Of a stretch of DNA of 64,000 nt, positions 60,886 to 64,000 are shown one piece after another. The notes beneath the pieces were generated by a model. It saw only the letters and a program-made list of their open reading frames with translations. It did not search any database and had not been told where the DNA came from. This stretch comes from Puccinia triticina (lineage: Eukaryota), in the NCBI GenBank assembly GCA_026914245.1, contig CP110440.1, positions 3,162,001-3,226,000 on the forward strand. Reading direction: 5' to 3'. A program made the position numbers and the translations under genes. Position 1 is the stretch's first letter. Each line of letters opens with the position of its first letter.

Positions 60886-62944
60886 CCAGGCTGTGGCATT
60901 TGTCGGATCCGAATTCGGAAACCAACCGTACCCTTCTGGGGTACAGAACTTCAATGGCCAATACACAGGTCTCAAGGCGAACTTAACTATGAGTGCCCTC
61001 CTGGGGTTCGGAGGGGGGCGCTTCGCGCGCACGGACTACCGATACATTACCAGCAGCCTCGCCGGCCACATCATCATCGATCCTGCCCTGTGAATCTCGA
61101 ACCCTTCCTAGCGAGTGGAAATTGCAGCCGTTCCGTGATTTCCATTTCCGGCCCACCTGGACCCATCTCGGGCCCCGAAAAATTAAAATCCACTGCGCTC
61201 CGGCCTCCCAACCAGCTCGTCGTCAGGCTGGTCCTCTCGACGAGGCCAACACAAAGAGGAAGACGAGGGCTCAGCGGGCAGCCGATACATGAGGGCTTGC
61301 CGTGATCCTCGAGAGTCGAGACCATCTCAGTCGCCGAAGCGGCCTCCACATCCCAGCTGGTGATTGCCAAAGCCAAGGCCAAGTCTTTCGCCAAGCTCGT
61401 CGCCCCCCATATCGCGTTGCTCGACGGCATCTCCTCACGCCCGAGTTCCTCGAACGGTTGTGGGACCCCATCACTATCTTCGTACTGGCCAACACACTCG
61501 GGCAAAATGGAAAAAGCCGCTGCGCCCACCTGACGCAGGAGTCGTACATGCGCCAGGTGGGCGTTACAGGACACCAGCGTGACCAGGAGTCGCGGTGGCG
61601 GCACCATGATACACCGCTGTCCGCCCGAGCGTAGAAGGCGTCAGCATGTGCACCATCGTGGCAGATCCCGGGTTAGGCGTCAGCCAGCCACTCATGAGCG
61701 GGTCGCCACCCATGCGTTATGGTTGGGGCGTCATCTGGTGCCGCCACCCGATCGGACCAGTCATGCAGCCGCCCAACTGAGGTCCATATCAAGTGTCCCC
61801 TGGTTGCCCGCCTGCCTAGGTCGCCAATTCTGCGCCTTGCAGAGTCGCGAGCCCGATGTGCTCATCTGTGTTCGCCATCGGGCCGGCGAAGGCGCGACAT
61901 GAAGAGGCATTGCGGTGCTCACCTCAGATGCCTCGGCCACCCAACCATGGGTCCGCGTTCCAGATGATGGCGCACCTATGATACTGGAGAGCTGACATCT
62001 AAAATGGCGGGCTCCCAGATGTCTGGGAAGGCGCCTTTTAGATGCCCTTCTCCCTAACTTAACACAAGTCCCCCCTGGTGGGAGGCTCGCTGTGGCAGGC
62101 CGCGAAGCGGCCCCTCCCGCAGGGAGGGACTTGCGCGTAATGTCAAAATTTTGGCTGGGAAAGAAATCACAAATGGCTGGAGGAAAAATATTAAGCCTCA
62201 GCCAACCTCCTCCTCAGGTCCTGTGGACCTGCCCCAGAGCCAAAAGATACTTCTAGACCTCAGCTTTCATTTGGCACAGGTCTCATCTCCTCAATCCAAA
62301 CCATTTGCACTGTACTAATGGTTTAAAAATAAAAAAACATGAAGAAATGTAAACTAAGGATGCGCAACCATCATGCCTGGTGGATCCTGGATCCGCAAAC
62401 CCGCAGATCCTACACATGTAGTGTTGCATTTTGTTGCATACAGGAAACTCAATTGTGCATATTATCAGAAAATCCAAAAATGGATCTTCAGAGCAATGTA
62501 ATATCCTTCAGGGTTCCTTTGACCTTCAAAACGGATTCCTTTCATCAGTTTTGGAGATTTTTGCTCAAAGTTTTGGGTGAGGGTGCGCATCAGCACTGCC
62601 AATGAAACTGTCTATTCCGTTTTTTTTGTACATATTTTGCTGATTTTTAAATAATTATTTAGTGGTTTTGGGGTTGAATATCCTTCCTTTCCCTGCCAGA
62701 CTTCAGACATTAGGCGTAAGCCTCTCCTGCGGAGAGCCCTCCGGGCGGGGTCCCCCGGACCCTCCGTTCAAGAGGCTTAGTTAAGCTAGCCCTTCTCCCA
62801 ATTTGCGGGCGGCTTACATAGTAGTTGAGCCGCTCGAGCTGCACGGAGTGCGCCTGCAAAACCCTGGTTGCCCCTCCAGACTCCATTCCTGCGCCCCCAG
62901 CCCCTTCCCCACTGGACACCTGGCACTCCAAATCTGTTATATAA

Positions 62945-63200
62945 AGCACTGCATGAGCTATCCGCTCGGACAAGGTTGTCGGACAGACTTTTTCCGATGA
63001 GCTTGGCAGAGGCCAAGCAAGTTGCCGCACTCATTGGACAAAATAAGTCGGACAACTGCTCGCACCAGGCTGTCCAAGCAGTTGTCGGACGGAGTTTGTC
63101 CGGCAAGTTCCGCTATTTTTGAGGTCTGGATTGCGGAACTTGTCGGACAGAGTCTGTCCAACGCCTCCCCTTGGCTTTGAAGTTTGGACAGCCCTTTGTG
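62945..63200. repeat. TGTCGGACA-rich dispersed repeat related to 37790-37935
   Basis: Shared GCACTGCAT...ATCCGC.CGGACAA, TCCGATGAG..TGGCAG and TTGCGGAACT motifs. Confidence 0.6.
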
Positions 63201-63545
63201 TCGAGTCTCAATCTTGGCAATCACTCTGCTCTTCTAATCTCATCAATTTTTTCCACACATCCAAGGCTGTGTAAATGATCAGGCCAAAAAATGATGTTTT
63301 GCATAATGTAACACAACATGTGGTAACTATTTATTATGCAACAATCATGCTGCCAAACACTTAAATAATCTGATCCCTAACCAGCCTGATTTCTCCCACT
63401 TCACTTGGGATGTTTAGAAACTCAATTATAATGCATCTGGAGTTTATTTGATATGATTGAGGATCTTTGCTAGCTTAACACAATTTCCTCCTTTGGAGGT
63501 TTGCTTTGCATTGCAAGGGGTGTCAGCGCCAGCCATTGGCCATTA

Positions 63546-63744
63546 GAGGGGTTTAAAATTGAATTTTATAAAACTTTGGAGGTCAATTTAAGGCCTTTAT
63601 GAACATAATTTTAAAAATTTGGTAAGATGTCCAGAAAAAGGTGTGACTGGTCAATCAGTGCAATTTATTAACTTTCTAAAAATATGTTCATAAACGGGTT
63701 AAAATGGGTCCTAAAGCTTAACAAATTTTAATTGTGAACCCCCC
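63546..63744. mobile_element. Degenerate TA-flanked MITE
   Basis: TA|GAGGGGTTTAAAATT mirrors AATTGTGAACCCCCC|TA, with an internal TTATGAACATA / TATGTTCATAA palindrome. Confidence 0.55.
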
Positions 63745-63776
63745 TATTGCAAGGGGTGTCTGCGCCAGCCATTGAC

Positions 63777-64000
63777 TGTCAGCTAGCTACTGGTATCAGA
63801 GCTAACTGATCAAATAGAAAAACAAATAAATACTAAAAATCTAAGTATAAAATAAAAAGAAAAACTCCATCTAAGTAGCGAGCGGATGCGCAATAAAGCA
63901 GTCAGTATTCTTTTCAATAACCAAACGCGCCCACGCAGTAAGTTTACTGCGTAACTAAGAACAGAAAAGTACACTGCGCAACTAAGCGCTAAGAACAACA
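63777..64000 (+). mobile_element. Start of another Gypsy-type LTR running off the window
   Basis: TGTCAGCTAGCTACT...CAGAGCTAACTG resembles the U3 start of the 16932-18382 LTR (TGTCAGCTGGCTACTATGTCAGAGCCACCG). Confidence 0.6.

Noticed and set aside
60960..61980. GC-rich region with overlapping ORFs on both strands
   Set aside because: No recognisable domain or consistent gene model by eye. It needs BLASTx/RNA-seq.
63791..63802. TGGTATCAGAGC plant-type iMet PBS
   Set aside because: It is not preceded by an LTR ending in CA, and it falls within the conserved U3-start hairpin of a new LTR.

Overview
Eukaryotic, intron-containing and very transposon-dense window. It is most likely from a rust fungus (Pucciniales); this is inferred from TE types, intron style and TpCpG hypermutation. 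About three quarters is nested mobile DNA: two full-length chromodomain Ty3/Gypsy elements, three solo LTRs with TSDs, a composite Ty1/Copia locus, a truncated tyrosine-recombinase (DIRS/Ngaro-like) retroelement, Helitrons, three large foldback elements and many MITEs. Host genes are ATP10, a phosphopantetheine adenylyltransferase (CAB4-like), a 5-exon Cys-rich secreted effector candidate and a probable secreted S/T/P-rich protein. Four observations stand out. (1) Frame-restoring spliceosomal introns lie in the 5' ORFs of three different retroelements. (2) One Gypsy element carries an extra ORF and a tRNA-like Pol III unit between its PBS and gag. (3) Divergent LTR families share conserved, covarying RNA hairpins. 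(4) A Copia ORF is fully open but catalytically dead through CpG-type D>N changes. All calls were made by eye, without database searches.
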